The notes beneath the pieces were generated by a model. It saw only the letters and a list, made by a program, of their open reading frames with translations, did no database searches and was not told the origin of the DNA. A DNA stretch of 63,204 bases, counting the filler, from Octopus bimaculoides (Eukaryota): assembly GCF_001194135.2 (NCBI RefSeq). It is 3 parts of 2 records of this genome, joined end to end, with 100 filler letters (N's around TTAATTAATTAA, not from the genome) between each part and the next. Parts side by side here need not be neighbours in the genome. Positions count along the whole stretch, not along the records: positions 30,097 to 56,545 come from NC_068984.1; positions 56,646 to 63,204 come from NC_068986.1; 1 more part is not named here. One strand, 5' to 3'. The translations under genes were made by a program, and so were the position numbers. Of the stretch, positions 51,495 through 62,128 are shown piece after piece; position 1 is the stretch's first letter, and every line of letters begins with the position of its first letter.

Positions 51495-51790
51495 TATTCA
51501 GTTATTAGACTATGACCATGCTGGAGCAATGTTCTCAAGAGGTTTTTTTAATATTGATCCAGTACTTAGTATGGGAGTAATTTTAACGATCTATATTTAT
51601 CAAATGGTTTAAGTTCACTGTATTTCTGTGACTCACACCTATACAAATATACAATTGGTTTCTGTCAACCAAATTTCACTCACAAGATATTGGTCAATTT
51701 AAGGTCATAGAAAAAACTTTTGTCCTAAGTGCTATGCAGTAGGTCTGAACTTAGAACCAGGATGTTGTGAAGCATATTTCTTAGAAAAAA
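51495..51790 (-). mobile_element. Decayed SINE family A copy
   Basis: gactatgaccatgctggagca...; caaatttcactcacaag...ggtc...cctaagtgctatgcagtagg.ctgaac. Confidence 0.5.
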
Positions 51791-52789
51791 AGATACTACT
51801 CATTATATATCATTCAGTTATCACCATACTTATGTTTTGTAGCCTAGGTCTACTCTACTTGATCAGTAAATGATTAAGTGCAGCATGAAAATCTGCAAAA
51901 ATGTCCTAGTTGTGCATCTGTCTGACTGAGTGCTATACTGCACACTCTTACATTCAATGTTGAAACATTGCATGAAAGAGTGCATATACAGTGCAATGTG
52001 ATAGCCTGGACATGCATTCTCTCCATTGTGCAGTCTACTTTTAGTTGCCAGTAGATTCGGATAGGTAGAATGCTTGTAGGAATAACAACAATGTTTTTTC
52101 TTAAATTACATACTAGCAGAAAATAGAACACCACCAATTCTAATGGTGCAATAAACTCAATAATAGTTACACTGTCCATGTTTTTTTAACATGTGAGTAC
52201 AAATTAGAAGTATAACATTGCAATACCACACTGAAAAATAATAAGCATGGCTACGCAATGTCAATGAAGAGTTGTGTATCATTTCTGTTATAGAAATGTA
52301 CATATTTTCATCTTTTACTAAGTTATTTGAATAATTTAAATTGTAAAAAGCATTCAGGCATAATTTTTTGCTTGCAAAGTCAAAATGTGTATGAGAATAC
52401 AGCCATCAGAAAAAATGGATTAAAAGCACATAGGTGTTTTTAACCTGGTAGAAATAACAATCAACAAAAGATTTATCGTTCAGTTAAAGATACCAATTGT
52501 TGAGAAAAATAAAAAGCTAATGGTTAGCTAAATACTAGAGAGAACAAGTGAAATAATACAGCTTAACCATAACTATCTGAAAGAAAAGTAAAGAGAGAGA
52601 AAGAATCCTGATAGATTACCAGTTTCAGACTGGTGAAAACAACATACATAACAAAACAGCAAAACACTAAATTTTCATGTAAAAATAAGTTATAAATTAA
52701 CTACCCTCCTAGACCGAAAGATTAAAAGATTATTATAAAACAAGTTGGTTTATATTATAGCTATTATAACTACTCAATGAATGGGAAAT

Positions 52790-53125
52790 TCCAAGTTTGT
52801 TGTAGGAAACGTGGGCATTAATTGAATACTTCTTTCCTGAAGTTTAAAAAAGTCCCACAGTCGAGCGAGTCTTTTAGGACTCTTGCCCTCTCTGCCAAGC
52901 AAAGCTTACATCATTTGCTTCCAATTACATATGTCCCTGGTTGTTCAAGGAGCTTCCATTTAATGTATGGAGTTCCTTCCTCTTTTAGGTGCTATACATG
53001 GCTGGCCAGGGACGTGATGCTGTGCCTTTCTGGGATCCTAAAAGAGGACTTGTGGTTGTTCAGACATTGCTTAAATAAGGGTGCAGTTGAACTGACATAT
53101 TTTCTTGTCTGTGTATTGGATATGC
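52790..53125 (-). mobile_element. Penelope-like GIY-YIG endonuclease remnant
   Basis: RKYVSSTAPLFKQCLNNHKSSFRIPERHSITSLASHV*HLKEEGTPYIKWKLLEQ...GSK*CKLCLAER...LNFRKEVFN*C, matching YIGST...FKxRxNNHKSSF...LxxHxW.LK...IKW...CxLCxxE...LNxRxE. Confidence 0.75.
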
Positions 53126-53859
53126 TACCACCACTGATGCTTCTTTTGTTAACTCTGGGTCTGGTGCCGTTGTTATTGGTGTTGGAGTTGCTTCTGGTGC
53201 TGACAATCCTGGATGTGATTCTGGTGGTTCAGTTGCTGCTGGTGTAGTAGCTATTTCTGGCCACAAAGTTGGTGTTGCTGATGCCATCATAACTGTTGAT
53301 ACTGTCGTGTTGTCTCTGCTGCTTGATGCATTGCTGTCGTCACCGCTGTCAATGCTACCATTGTTGTCATTGTTGCTGTTATTGGTAGATGTATTGTTGT
53401 AGCTGCCACTGACTCTGGCTGTCAGTGGCAGCTACCACCTCAGCCTCATACATGACCCCTCCCCACTCGGCTTCACATTGACCCCCCCCACACACACACA
53501 CACACACTGGGCAGTCATTGTATATATTACATGAGCATCTTGCTCTGCTTGCAGCTTAGAGTTGCTCACTAATATTTTTTAATGTTGGGTGTGCAACTGA
53601 AGGATACCCTTAAGTTTCCTATTAAACAAACATTCATATCTGTGTGACTGTGTGAAGTGTTTGTTCACCCATGCAGGTTGTAACATTGAAAGAGAAGGAT
53701 GGGGCAAACCAAATGACATTACAGTGACACTTCCTTTTGTGGGTACCAGTGCCCAACATATAGGAAATGCAATCCTCAAACACACTGAATGCCAGAGCCT
53801 CATTGTAATAAGAGGCTGTGGTGTCAAAAATCTCTTGACTTGAGGAATGTTTGAGAGGA

Positions 53860-54540
53860 GGAAACTGAAAGTGAATGTAGCTAAGAGTAAGGTGAGGAGA
53901 TGTTTGAGAGATGGAAGGGCTGTAAGATGAATGTGAGTATAAATAGTGAGATGTTAGAGGAGGTGAGTGTTTTTAAGTATCTGGGATCACATGTGATGGC
54001 AGATGGGAAGGTGGGATATAGAGTGAGGGAGGAGAGTAAGATACTTGGATTTGTGAAAGGTATGCTGAAAGATAAAAAGTTGAGTATGAAAGTGAAAAGT
54101 GGGGTGTATGAGGGCGTGATTGTGCTGACAATGTTATATGATGCAGAGACATGGGGATTGAGAGAGCCGGAAAGGAGGTGACTAGATGTGTTTGAAATGA
54201 GATGTCTGAGGGCTATGGTTGGTATGACTGGATGAGGAATCAGGAGGTGCGAAGGTGAGCAGGAATGAGAGAAAAACTAACAACCAAAATGGATAGACAA
54301 ATGTTGAGATGGTTTGGCTACATGGAGAGGATGGATGAGAAGTGGATGGTAAGGAGGGTGATGAAGGCAGAAGTGGTAGGCAGCAGAACCAGAGGCAGAC
54401 CTCAGTTTGTGTGGATGGATGGCGTGAGGAAAGCTTTGGTGGTTAGAGGTGTTGGAATGAGAGGCAAGAGAGTTTATAAATGATAGGAAAGCTTGGAGAG
54501 TGTTTGTGGATGGATGAGTAAATTTAGTGTTGCTCAAAGG
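53860..54540 (+). mobile_element. Second RTE subfamily, 3' ORF fragment
   Basis: LEEVSVFKYLGS, VYEGVIVLTMLYDAETW, DVFEMRCLR, LRWFGYMERMDE, RGRPQFVWMDGV. Confidence 0.85.
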
Positions 54541-55344
54541 CATACAGAACCAGCATGATGCTGTTGGACCCCACTGCTGATATTGGGGGTAGCATTCTAT
54601 GCCTTGACAGGGCTCGCCTCTTTGAGCTGGGAAATGATTGGAGTTCCTGGTGTGTGTCATGTTGTGGCTACCCCCTCCTAAAAAAAATGGGGAATATGTA
54701 TGTATGTATGTATGTGAATCTCTAAGTAATAGACTTTTGTGGCGTTTTTGCAGCAATAATAAAAAAAGTATGTATGTATATATGTATATACATATATGTA
54801 TATACATATATGTATGTATGTATCTTATCCATAAAAGGCAGATTTTCTATGTGTGTGTGTGTGTTGTGTGTGTGTATGTTTAAAATTCATACATTTACAC
54901 AATTCTAAATTTCTGGGATTAAAGAATCGCAATTAATATTCTAAACACAATAAGTTAGGTCACAGCATCATTTTTTCAGTCAAAAAAACTCCCAGTTAAG
55001 AATAAAATAGATAAAACTACGCAAATTAACATTTCCCCCCTAATAAAATCTAATTTCCTCTTTCTACTACCTTTACAAATCCTTTCAACTCCTACTTTCT
55101 CTTATGAACCTTTACGAACGAACCAACAACAAACACAAAAAGAAAGGAAGGAGAAATACTGACAGTAAAAGAAATCCATTTCAGTATCAAAACTGAAACA
55201 ATCACATTTCGATACTGTAATGACAGATATTTTCACTTTAATGGTTTCATTTTCATATACATACCTCATTCTAATTGGCGGGAATTGTAACTTATTTCGA
55301 ACTCCGTCCTTCACCATGATAACAACAACATAAAATAGCCACAC

Positions 55345-55595
55345 ATCTTTTTCAAATACGATCGACAAACATTTATTCCCTACAAACTGTGAGTTTTTTG
55401 CAAAATCTTTTCGTAAATCTTGAGATTAACACCCGCACGATTACCTACCTAACCCTAACCCTGACCCTAAAACCCTAACCCTAACACTGTAGTGAAAATA
55501 GTGCCGGTGTTAATCTGAAAATTTAATCTTTTTTAAAACACTTTTACTTACTAACATTTTTTTAAAATTTAGTATGTGTGTGTATGTTGCCCATA
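55345..55595. repeat. Locally duplicated unit containing (CCCTAA)-like repeats, copy 1
   Basis: caaatacgatcgac..aaacatttattccctacaaactg and cctaaccctaaccctgaccctaaaaccctaaccctaacactgtagtgaaaat...gttgccca recur at 56118-56545. Confidence 0.85.
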
Positions 55596-55646
55596 TATAT
55601 ATACACTTAAGACTTAGTTGTGGGTTGGGAGTTTGATCGGCAGAGA

Positions 55647-55693
<47 letters not shown>

Positions 55694-55719
55694 TAAAATT
55701 TTTCCCACCAGGGCGGCTT

Positions 55720-55958
55720 GGGGCAGGTGGAGAATAGTCGATTATATCAACCCCTGTGTTCAACTGGTACTTATTTTCTAGACCCCGAAAGGATGAAAGG
55801 CAAAGTCGACTTCAGCAGAATTTGAACTCAGAACGTAGGGGCAGGTGGAGAATAGTCGATTATATCGACTCCTGTGTTTAAATGGTACTTATTTTTTAGA
55901 CCCTGAAAGGATGAAAGGCAAAGTCGACTTGGGCAGAATTTGAACTCAGAACGTAGGG
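55720..55958 (-). mobile_element. Tandem pair (118-bp period) of SINE family B central fragments
   Basis: ggggcaggtggagaatagtcgattatatc...gaaaggatgaaaggcaaagtcgact...gaatttgaactcagaacgtaggg starts at 55720 and 55838. Confidence 0.88.
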
Positions 55959-56117
55959 ATGGGCACAAACCACCCGTCGCTATACTGGTTCTGTAGAACA
56001 GGGTTGAGTGTGAAAACCAACTTTAAAGTGTAAATATAGATGTTTTTGAATACACACTCATACATACATACCTATAAATACACACACATACAAATAAACA
56101 CATACAAATACCTGTCA

Positions 56118-56545
56118 GTCTCTTCCAAATACGATCGACAGTCAAACATTTATTCCCTACAAACTGAATTTTTTTAATATCTTTCTTAAAACGCATTTAC
56201 TTACTACCACATATATATAGAGAGAGACACACAAAATACACATTAATACACACATACATACAAATACCTGTCATTTTTTTTCTATTTAGTGTGTGTGTGT
56301 GTTGCCCATCTTAATATATAATGCTGAAGTTGTGTATCTGTGTGAAGCCCTTTTAAAAGTTTATAGAAATTCACATTTTCCACTTTTTTGTCCTAACCCT
56401 AACCCTAACCCTGACCCTAAAACCCTAACCCTAACACTGTAGTGAAAATCGCGACGGTGTTAATCTGAAAATTTAACAAATTTTTTTAAAACACTTTTAC
56501 TTACTAACATTTTTTTATTTAGTGTGTGTGTGTGTGTGTTGCCCA
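56118..56545. repeat. Copy 2 of the (CCCTAA) unit, interrupted by a Helitron-like 5' end at 56309
   Basis: Same blocks as copy 1; A|TCTTAATATATAATGCTGAAGTTG follows gttgccc. Confidence 0.7.
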
Positions 56546-56645
56546 NNNNNNNNNNNNNNNNNNNNNNNNNNNNNNNNNNNNNNNNNNNNTTAATTAATTA
56601 ANNNNNNNNNNNNNNNNNNNNNNNNNNNNNNNNNNNNNNNNNNNN

Positions 56646-56689
<44 letters not shown>

Positions 56690-57194
56690 CTGCAATAATG
56701 AATGCCAAAACTAATTTCTGTGTGTCAGTGTGTCACACTTTGACCTCCTCTCTCACTATTCAATGACACTTCTACTATTCCTCATGTTGCGGTGAGAGTA
56801 ATAGTAGGCATTGAGATGGTGAGGGCAGTAAATTGATGGTTGTGATGGTAATGGGGAGATAGTAATAGTATGAGCTGAAGGACTCATAAAGCCAGAAGAG
56901 CTTAACCTGCCCTGCTTGCTATGGTTACCAACGGCTATACCGATATAACGCCACCAGTATAAAGTTTTCAAGAGTCAAAGGGAGAGGTAACAGGAAAAGG
57001 TGCTTATATGTTAGTTAAGACTGACGTTCGTCATGAGCTAAAGGACTCATAAAGCCAGAAGAGCTTAACCCATTTTCCGCAGCGCTCAAGCAACTGAGAT
57101 CACAATAATCCCATTGAACGAGACGCCGGTCCGTCGCTGAGTTAACTTTCCAGCTATTGCGAGAACTCATTTACAACCGAGTGAGCTGGACGTT

Positions 57195-57636
57195 AAGTGC
57201 TAAAATAGCACAGATTATAATGGCCGACGAAATTTCATGAACACCAGCAAGTGGGACTGTTGTATCACGTGATTTCAGCGTAATTTGTTCTTCATCAGCA
57301 GCAGGTATCCTACAACCGAATGACAGATCGAAAATCCGTCAAAACGGTATAGTTTAAACTGACTAAACAGTCAGTGATGTTGCAAAAAGCTGACGGGTTG
57401 TGCTTAAGTTAGCTATTAGCTACGGAAGCAGCCTTCGTAATGAATAGTTTTGTGACATATCTGATTGTTTAGTCGGTGTTAAACAATTTCTGTTTGACGG
57501 GTTTTCGATCTGCCATTCGGGAGTAGGGTGCCTGCTGCTGATGAAGTACAAATTACGCTGAAATGATACAACAGTCCCGTTTGCCGGTGCTCACGAAATT
57601 TCGTCAACCGATATAATCAGTGCATTTTTGGCACTC
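57195..57636. mobile_element. Foldback / MITE-like element with ~190-bp imperfect inverted arms
   Basis: gacgaaatttcatgaacaccagcaagtgggactgttgtatca...gatttcagcgtaatttgttcttcatcagcagcagg pairs with cctgctgctgatgaagtacaaattacgctgaaatgatacaacagtcccg...cacgaaatttcgtc. Confidence 0.85.
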
Positions 57637-57945
57637 AGCATCTATACGAGGTGATTTCTCAGGACAACTGCCGCAGTTTATCGCGTTCTTAACAATGCAT
57701 CCAAATTAAGTTGGATGTGCAAATTAATATTCGTTACAAAGGTTGTTTCCGTCGTTAATAGTTAATATATGCTTGTGTGTGTGTGTGTGTGTGTGNNNNN
57801 NNNNNNNNNNNNNNNNNNNNNNNNNNNNNNNNNNNNNNNNNNNNNNNNNNNNNNNNNNNNNNNNNNNNNNNNNNNNNNNNNNNNNNNNNNNNNNNCAACA
57901 AAATAATGGGTTCATTAGATTAAGTTTTATTTGTGAAATACAGTT

Positions 57946-58046
57946 CATTATTTACATTATTTACATTATTTACATTGGACGGATATGTGTCCTCATCTTG
58001 TTTGTTGTTAACACAACATTTCGGCTGATTTGCTCTCCAGCCTTCA
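57946..58046 (-). mobile_element. 3' part of a second copy of the hammerhead-bearing SINE
   Basis: Minus strand tgaaggctggagagcaaatcagccgaaatgttgtgttaacaacaaacaagatgaggacacatatccgtccaatgtaaataatgtaaat; stem II GGCTG/CAGCC is fully paired but the 5' core is lost. Confidence 0.85.
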
Positions 58047-58335
58047 GTAGTCCATCCCGCTCAAAAGGTCCATGAATAAGGGTTGTTCAAGGATGTTGAA
58101 CGAAACACCCATGTCTCCAAAAGTGAATTATCCTAACTCCAAAGAATTCCTTTCAACACATGGCTATGATGCTCCCCTACTACTTCCATTCGTGATCAGA
58201 GATGCGCATATCGTCAGCCACTAAGGGACATGTTCAACTGGTTAAGGTCAAGCAACCGACAAGCAGATCTGTGGTATTGAGTAGAATATTTGCTGTAGCC
58301 CATCTTTTATATCAAGACAAAGCAATGTACAGGAT
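58047..58335. mobile_element. Different interspersed repeat (SINE-like) fused to the hammerhead-SINE fragment
   Basis: CpG-containing unit that I recognise as a common octopus-type repeat; only one copy in this window. Confidence 0.4.
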
Positions 58336-58352
58336 AACAATTATTATTATTA

Positions 58353-58800
58353 CTAGCAGAGATACCCGGCGTTGCCCGTCTCACGTGGAATTGAAGAATT
58401 AGACTTTTCTTTTATATTTTCTCTAATGAACTGGAATACCTATGTTCCGAATTTCATCAAAATTGGAGATTAAGTATTTTAATGGGGATTCTTTCCCTCT
58501 TTACAAACCCTAACAAAAATTCTAATCATGACATATTTATCCCATAGTACTCATCTTTATGCTCAGATTCCAAAATCCAAATCTTATGAAACCCATTCAA
58601 AGGTTTTTGCTCCTGAAATATGGAGCACATGGAGCACATGGAGCACATGGAGCTCTAAAATGTGTGAGTTAAGGCCCCTATTAGGGTCTCTTAAAGTCAA
58701 CCAGAGAAGTTGAGGAATCTTTTTTAATTTGTGTCTTCTATATATTGTTCAAATTTCTTTGAAATCGGAAATATATGAATGTTCACTGGGTTTGTAAAAG
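58353..58800 (-). mobile_element. Helitron-type element 3' end
   Basis: Minus strand ends cgggcaacgccgggtatctctgCTAG|T: GC-rich subterminal hairpin remnant, CTAG terminus and T flank; inner boundary uncertain. Confidence 0.55.
58620..58655. repeat. 9-bp tandem repeat ATGGAGCAC x4 (last copy ATGGAGCTC)
   Basis: Directly visible. Confidence 0.9.
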
Positions 58801-60671
58801 AGAGCAAAGCTAGAGGAAACCAGAAGGCGAATTATCACAATCAGTGCCGGCCTTAGGAGGTGCGGGGTCCAATTGGGAACAATTTTGGTGGGCCCCAGGT
58901 TCCTAGTCAATTTGGACCAAGGTATCCAGTCGTTGAAGCTATGCTACTGTGCCGTGCCACTTAAAGGCACCTCAGTCTTTTAAATAAACTCAAAGGTAGC
59001 CAATCCTCAACGTGGTTGTTTAGTATGCTAGAAATAGCAGTTATTAGTCATAAAAATACAGCCACTATTCTGATTTCCTAATACGCCGCAAAGAAGACAA
59101 AAGTCCTTTGCAGTAAACTAGGAGCCGAGTTTAGTTGATAGCACACGAAAAAAAAAAAAAAAAACTAGGGAAATAGATAACTCCGAGGTGACGGGGATAA
59201 CGAGGGCCCNNNNNNNNNNNNNNNNNNNNNNNNNNNNNNNNNNNNNNNNNNNNNNNNNNNNNNNNNNNNNNNNNNNNNNNNNNNNNNNNNNNNNNNNNNN
59301 NNNNNNNNNNNNNNNNNNNNNNNNNNNNNNNNNNNNNNNNNNNNNNNNNNNNNNNNNNNNNNNNNNNNNNNNNNNNNNNNNNNNNNNNNNNNNNNNNNNN
59401 NNNNNNNNNNNNNNNNNNNNNNNNNNNNNNNNNNNNNNNNNNNNNNNNNNNNNNNNNNNNNNNNNNNNNNNNNNNNNNNNNNNNNNNNNNNNNNNNNNNN
59501 NNNNNNNNNNNNNNNNNNNNNNNNNNNNNNNNNNNNNNNNNNNNNNNNNNNNNNNNNNNNNNNNNNNNNNNNNNNNNNNNNNNNNNNNNNNNNNNNNNNN
59601 NNNNNNNNNNNNNNNNNNNNNNNNNNNNNNNNNNNNNNNNNNNNNNNNNNNNNNNNNNNNNNNNNNNNNNNNNNNNNNNNNNNNNNNNNNNNNNNNNNNN
59701 NNNNNNNNNNNNNNNNNNNNNNNNNNNNNNNNNNNNNNNNNNNNNNNNNNNNNNNNNNNNNNNNNNNNNNNNNNNNNNNNNNNNNNNNNNNNNNNNNNNN
59801 NNNNNNNNNNNNNNNNNNNNNNNNNNNNNNNNNNNNNNNNNNNNNNNNNNNNNNNNNNNNNNNNNNNNNNNNNNNNNNNNNNNNNNNNNNNNNNNNNNNN
59901 NNNNNNNNNNNNNNNNNNNNNNNNNNNNNNNNNNNNNNNNNNNNNNNNNNNNNNNNNNNNNNNNNNNNNNNNNNNNNNNNNNNNNNNNNNNNNNNNNNNN
60001 NNNNNNNNNNNNNNNNNNNNNNNNNNNNNNNNNNNNNNNNNNNNNNNNNNNNNNNNNNNNNNNNNNNNNNNNNNNNNNNNNNNNNNNNNNNNNNNNNNNN
60101 NNNNNNNNNNNNNNNNNNNNNNNNNNNNNNNNNNNNNNNNNNNNNNNNNTGGTGGTGGTGGTGATAGTCGTGTTGATGTTGTGATGTATATTTTTCTGCT
60201 TAGATATATCACGGGCTGGAAGTGGTGGGGGAGGGGGGGCGGTGTTCCATGATCAGTGTCATAAACTAGAATCGTAATATAATGGACAGTAGATCGTTTC
60301 TCATCTCCAGATTCAGTGACGATAAGTTAACATTGGCATAAATCGTCTCTTCACCGTTCTAAAACAAGCAAATTTACTGGTAGCAACTGACCTATTACCG
60401 GTAACTTCTTGTCTGTTACGGGTAGTTGTTGGTCTATTACAAGTTAATTTACAGGTAACTGATCGTCTGTAATTGGTGGTATGTTGTAGGTAACTACATT
60501 AGTGTGTGAGCAACTGCACTTATTATCGAAAACCAAAGAAGTTGCTCGTTAATTCCATAGAGCAGACGATACAGCAATGAGTTCTATCGCTTTGTCTTCC
60601 ATTATAAACTTACAGCTTGGTGAACTCAGCGGTTGAGTGTCATGACTAAAGACATACAATCCATTCGCCAG

Positions 60672-60825
60672 CAGTAGTGTAGCTCGGGCGACAAGCGGCG
60701 AACGGTGCGGCCCGCCTCGGGTAACTCTTTTATGAGGGCGGCACTTTTGAGTCTTGGGGGCCCAAGGTGGGAACGGGTAAGGTCAAGGACTGCCCTAGGC
60801 GGCACAGGTTCTAGTTATGTCACTG
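60672..60825. mobile_element. hAT-type MITE, 154 bp
   Basis: Imperfect TIRs cagtagtgtagctcg / ctagttatgtcactg; 8-bp flanks ttcgccag and gtcaccag match at 6 of 8 positions. Confidence 0.7.
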
Positions 60826-61029
60826 GTCACCAGTGATAAAACACAAAATCGTCAACCGCCTCCGTTACTTTTAAAAACTGGCATTCCGTCGGTTTCGACG
60901 ATGAATGCTCCAGCTCATCCGAAGGAAACAGTTTGTACGTGAAATGAACGCGTTAGTGGCTGAGCACTCCACAGACACACATACCCTTAGAGTAGTCGTC
61001 AGGGAGATTCTGCCTGATACAGAATGGGA

Positions 61030-61222
61030 CAAGGCTGGCCCTTCTTTTAAATACAGGTACCACTCATTTAACCCAGCTGAGTGGGTTCGGAGCTGAGTGG
61101 GTTCGGAGCTGAGTGGGTTCGGAGCTAAGTGGGTTCGGAGCTGAGTGGGTTCTTACGCCGGGAATCGAACTGACGACTTACAGACCTTGAGGCGAATGCC
61201 CTAACTCCTGAGCCACGTGCTT
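61030..61222 (-). mobile_element. tRNA-derived SINE with an internal 16-bp tandem expansion
   Basis: Minus head gcacgtggctcaggagttagggcattcgcc...gttcgattcccggc (A and B boxes); AGCTGAGTGGGTTCGG repeated about 5 times at 61075-61152. Confidence 0.75.
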
Positions 61223-62079
61223 TCATTCCGTTATTTCTGCAATACTGTCGAGTCGGTCAACCATCATCGTTGGCTGTCTTCAAATAAAAGGAAAGCCCGG
61301 CCTAGATAATGTCAGTGTGTGTGTATGTGTGTTGGGGCTGAGAGAAGTGTCAAGAAGTTGTATTGGTGTCGAACGTAATTTCCACAGCCATTTAATTGAA
61401 TTCCGGATGAGGAAACTAGATTTCAAGTTTAAAAGAAAGTAAGAACGAAAAAGAAGGAAATAATAAAATATATTTAAAAAAGAAAAAAGAGAAGTTAGAT
61501 TTGTTGATTCGGTACAAATTAATTATTAGAACATTCCGGAAAGAAGGAAAGACAAAAAAAAACAAAAACTGGAAATATGAAAAAGGAAAACAGAAAAAAC
61601 AATGGAAAAAGACTGAACAGAAATAAAACAAACATTTTATTCTAGAGGATATTAACAAAAGAGGGTCATTGACAAAGACCCACGTAATCAAGTAGGCAAA
61701 AAACGTGGGTGGGGGTGAGAGAGAGAGAGAGAGTATGTGATAGAGTATGTATGTGTGAGAGAGGGAGAGAGAGAGAGACAGACAGAGACAGAGACAGACA
61801 GACAGAGACAGAGACAGACAGATAGAAAGAGTGTGTGTGATTGAGAGAGTGAGTGTGTGAGTGTGTGAGGGAGAAAGAAAGAGAAAGAGAGAGTGTGTTT
61901 GTGAGTTTGTGTGATAGTGTGTTTGTGTGTGAGAGAGAGAGAAACGGAGAGAAAGTGTGTGCATATGAGAAAGAGTGCGTGTATGTGCATCGTGCGCGCG
62001 TGTGTGTGTGAGAGAGAGAGAGAGAGAGGGAGAAAATTTGTGTGTGAAAGTGAGATAGAGAGAAAGAAAAAAGATAGAG

Positions 62080-62128
<49 letters not shown>

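Noticed and set aside
55449-55485. True telomere or fusion site
   Set aside because: Only about 5 imperfect units embedded in a duplicated repeat unit.
58842-58900. CAGTGCCGGCCTTAGG hAT-like left end
   Set aside because: No partner TIR or TSD visible before the gap at 59210, so it was not called as a feature.
61075-61152. Possible CRISPR-like array
   Set aside because: Units are contiguous with no unique spacers, and the context is a eukaryotic SINE; the same applies to the 28-bp and 37-bp arrays.
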